From the NCBI GenBank assembly GCA_964563395.1, contig CAZLWK010000013.1, positions 10,000 through 73,999 on the forward strand: a stretch of DNA of 64,000 nucleotides, written 5' to 3'. The stretch comes from an uncultured Caulobacteraceae bacterium. GTDB lineage: Bacteria; Pseudomonadota; Alphaproteobacteria; Caulobacterales; Aquidulcibacteraceae. How positions within the stretch are numbered: position 1 is the stretch's first letter; every line of letters begins with the position of its first letter. The notes beneath the pieces are model-generated. The model saw nothing but the letters and a program-made list of their open reading frames with translations, was not told the origin of the DNA and searched no databases. Below are positions 63,910 through 64,000 of the stretch, one piece after another. A program made the position numbers and the translations under genes.

Positions 63910-64000
63910 CGGGCTGAAACCGAACGCGGCGCGGCGACGATTTGCCCCTAGCGGCGCGCATTGCTACCAACCGCGCCAGTCAGACTCAGCAGGAACGCAG

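Overview
Very GC-rich alphaproteobacterial chromosomal DNA. Gene content and synteny look Hyphomicrobiales/Rhizobiales-like, which is an inference. All calls come from reading the translated ORFs and the nucleotide sequence by eye, with no database search. Bases 1545-30329 form one uninterrupted minus-strand block. It holds a complete RcGTA-type gene transfer agent (GTA) structural cluster (g1-g15, 17121-30329), then a DnaJ-like gene, a PepSY-like/response-regulator/kinase set, ccmIEFH, degP, a second two-component pair, glnE, and an EF-hand/ECF-sigma/anti-sigma/Spy-like module. The right half is mixed housekeeping: PBP1A, ABC-F ATPase, GGT, MgtE, tRNA-Leu(GAG), GloA, LipB, PPK2, RpsD, GH3 glucosidase, Bfd-Bfr and RimO. 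It is interspersed with accessory-looking pieces: a cNMP-binding patatin phospholipase coupled to a lipoprotein, a candidate sRNA or micro-ORF locus with CCUCC motifs, and a membrane-anchored GH24 lysozyme. There is also a recently duplicated family of secreted two-Cys beta-domain proteins next to an orphan FliN/SpoA gene, a VapBC module with a repeat-flanked promoter, and a transmembrane TIR-domain protein. I saw no rRNA, CRISPR array, transposase or integrase. The GTA cluster is the largest system present but belongs to a known class. The best candidates for something undescribed are the secreted-domain paralog cluster, the TM-anchored TIR protein, the cNMP-patatin/lipoprotein pair and the sRNA-like locus. 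None can be assigned a function from sequence alone.
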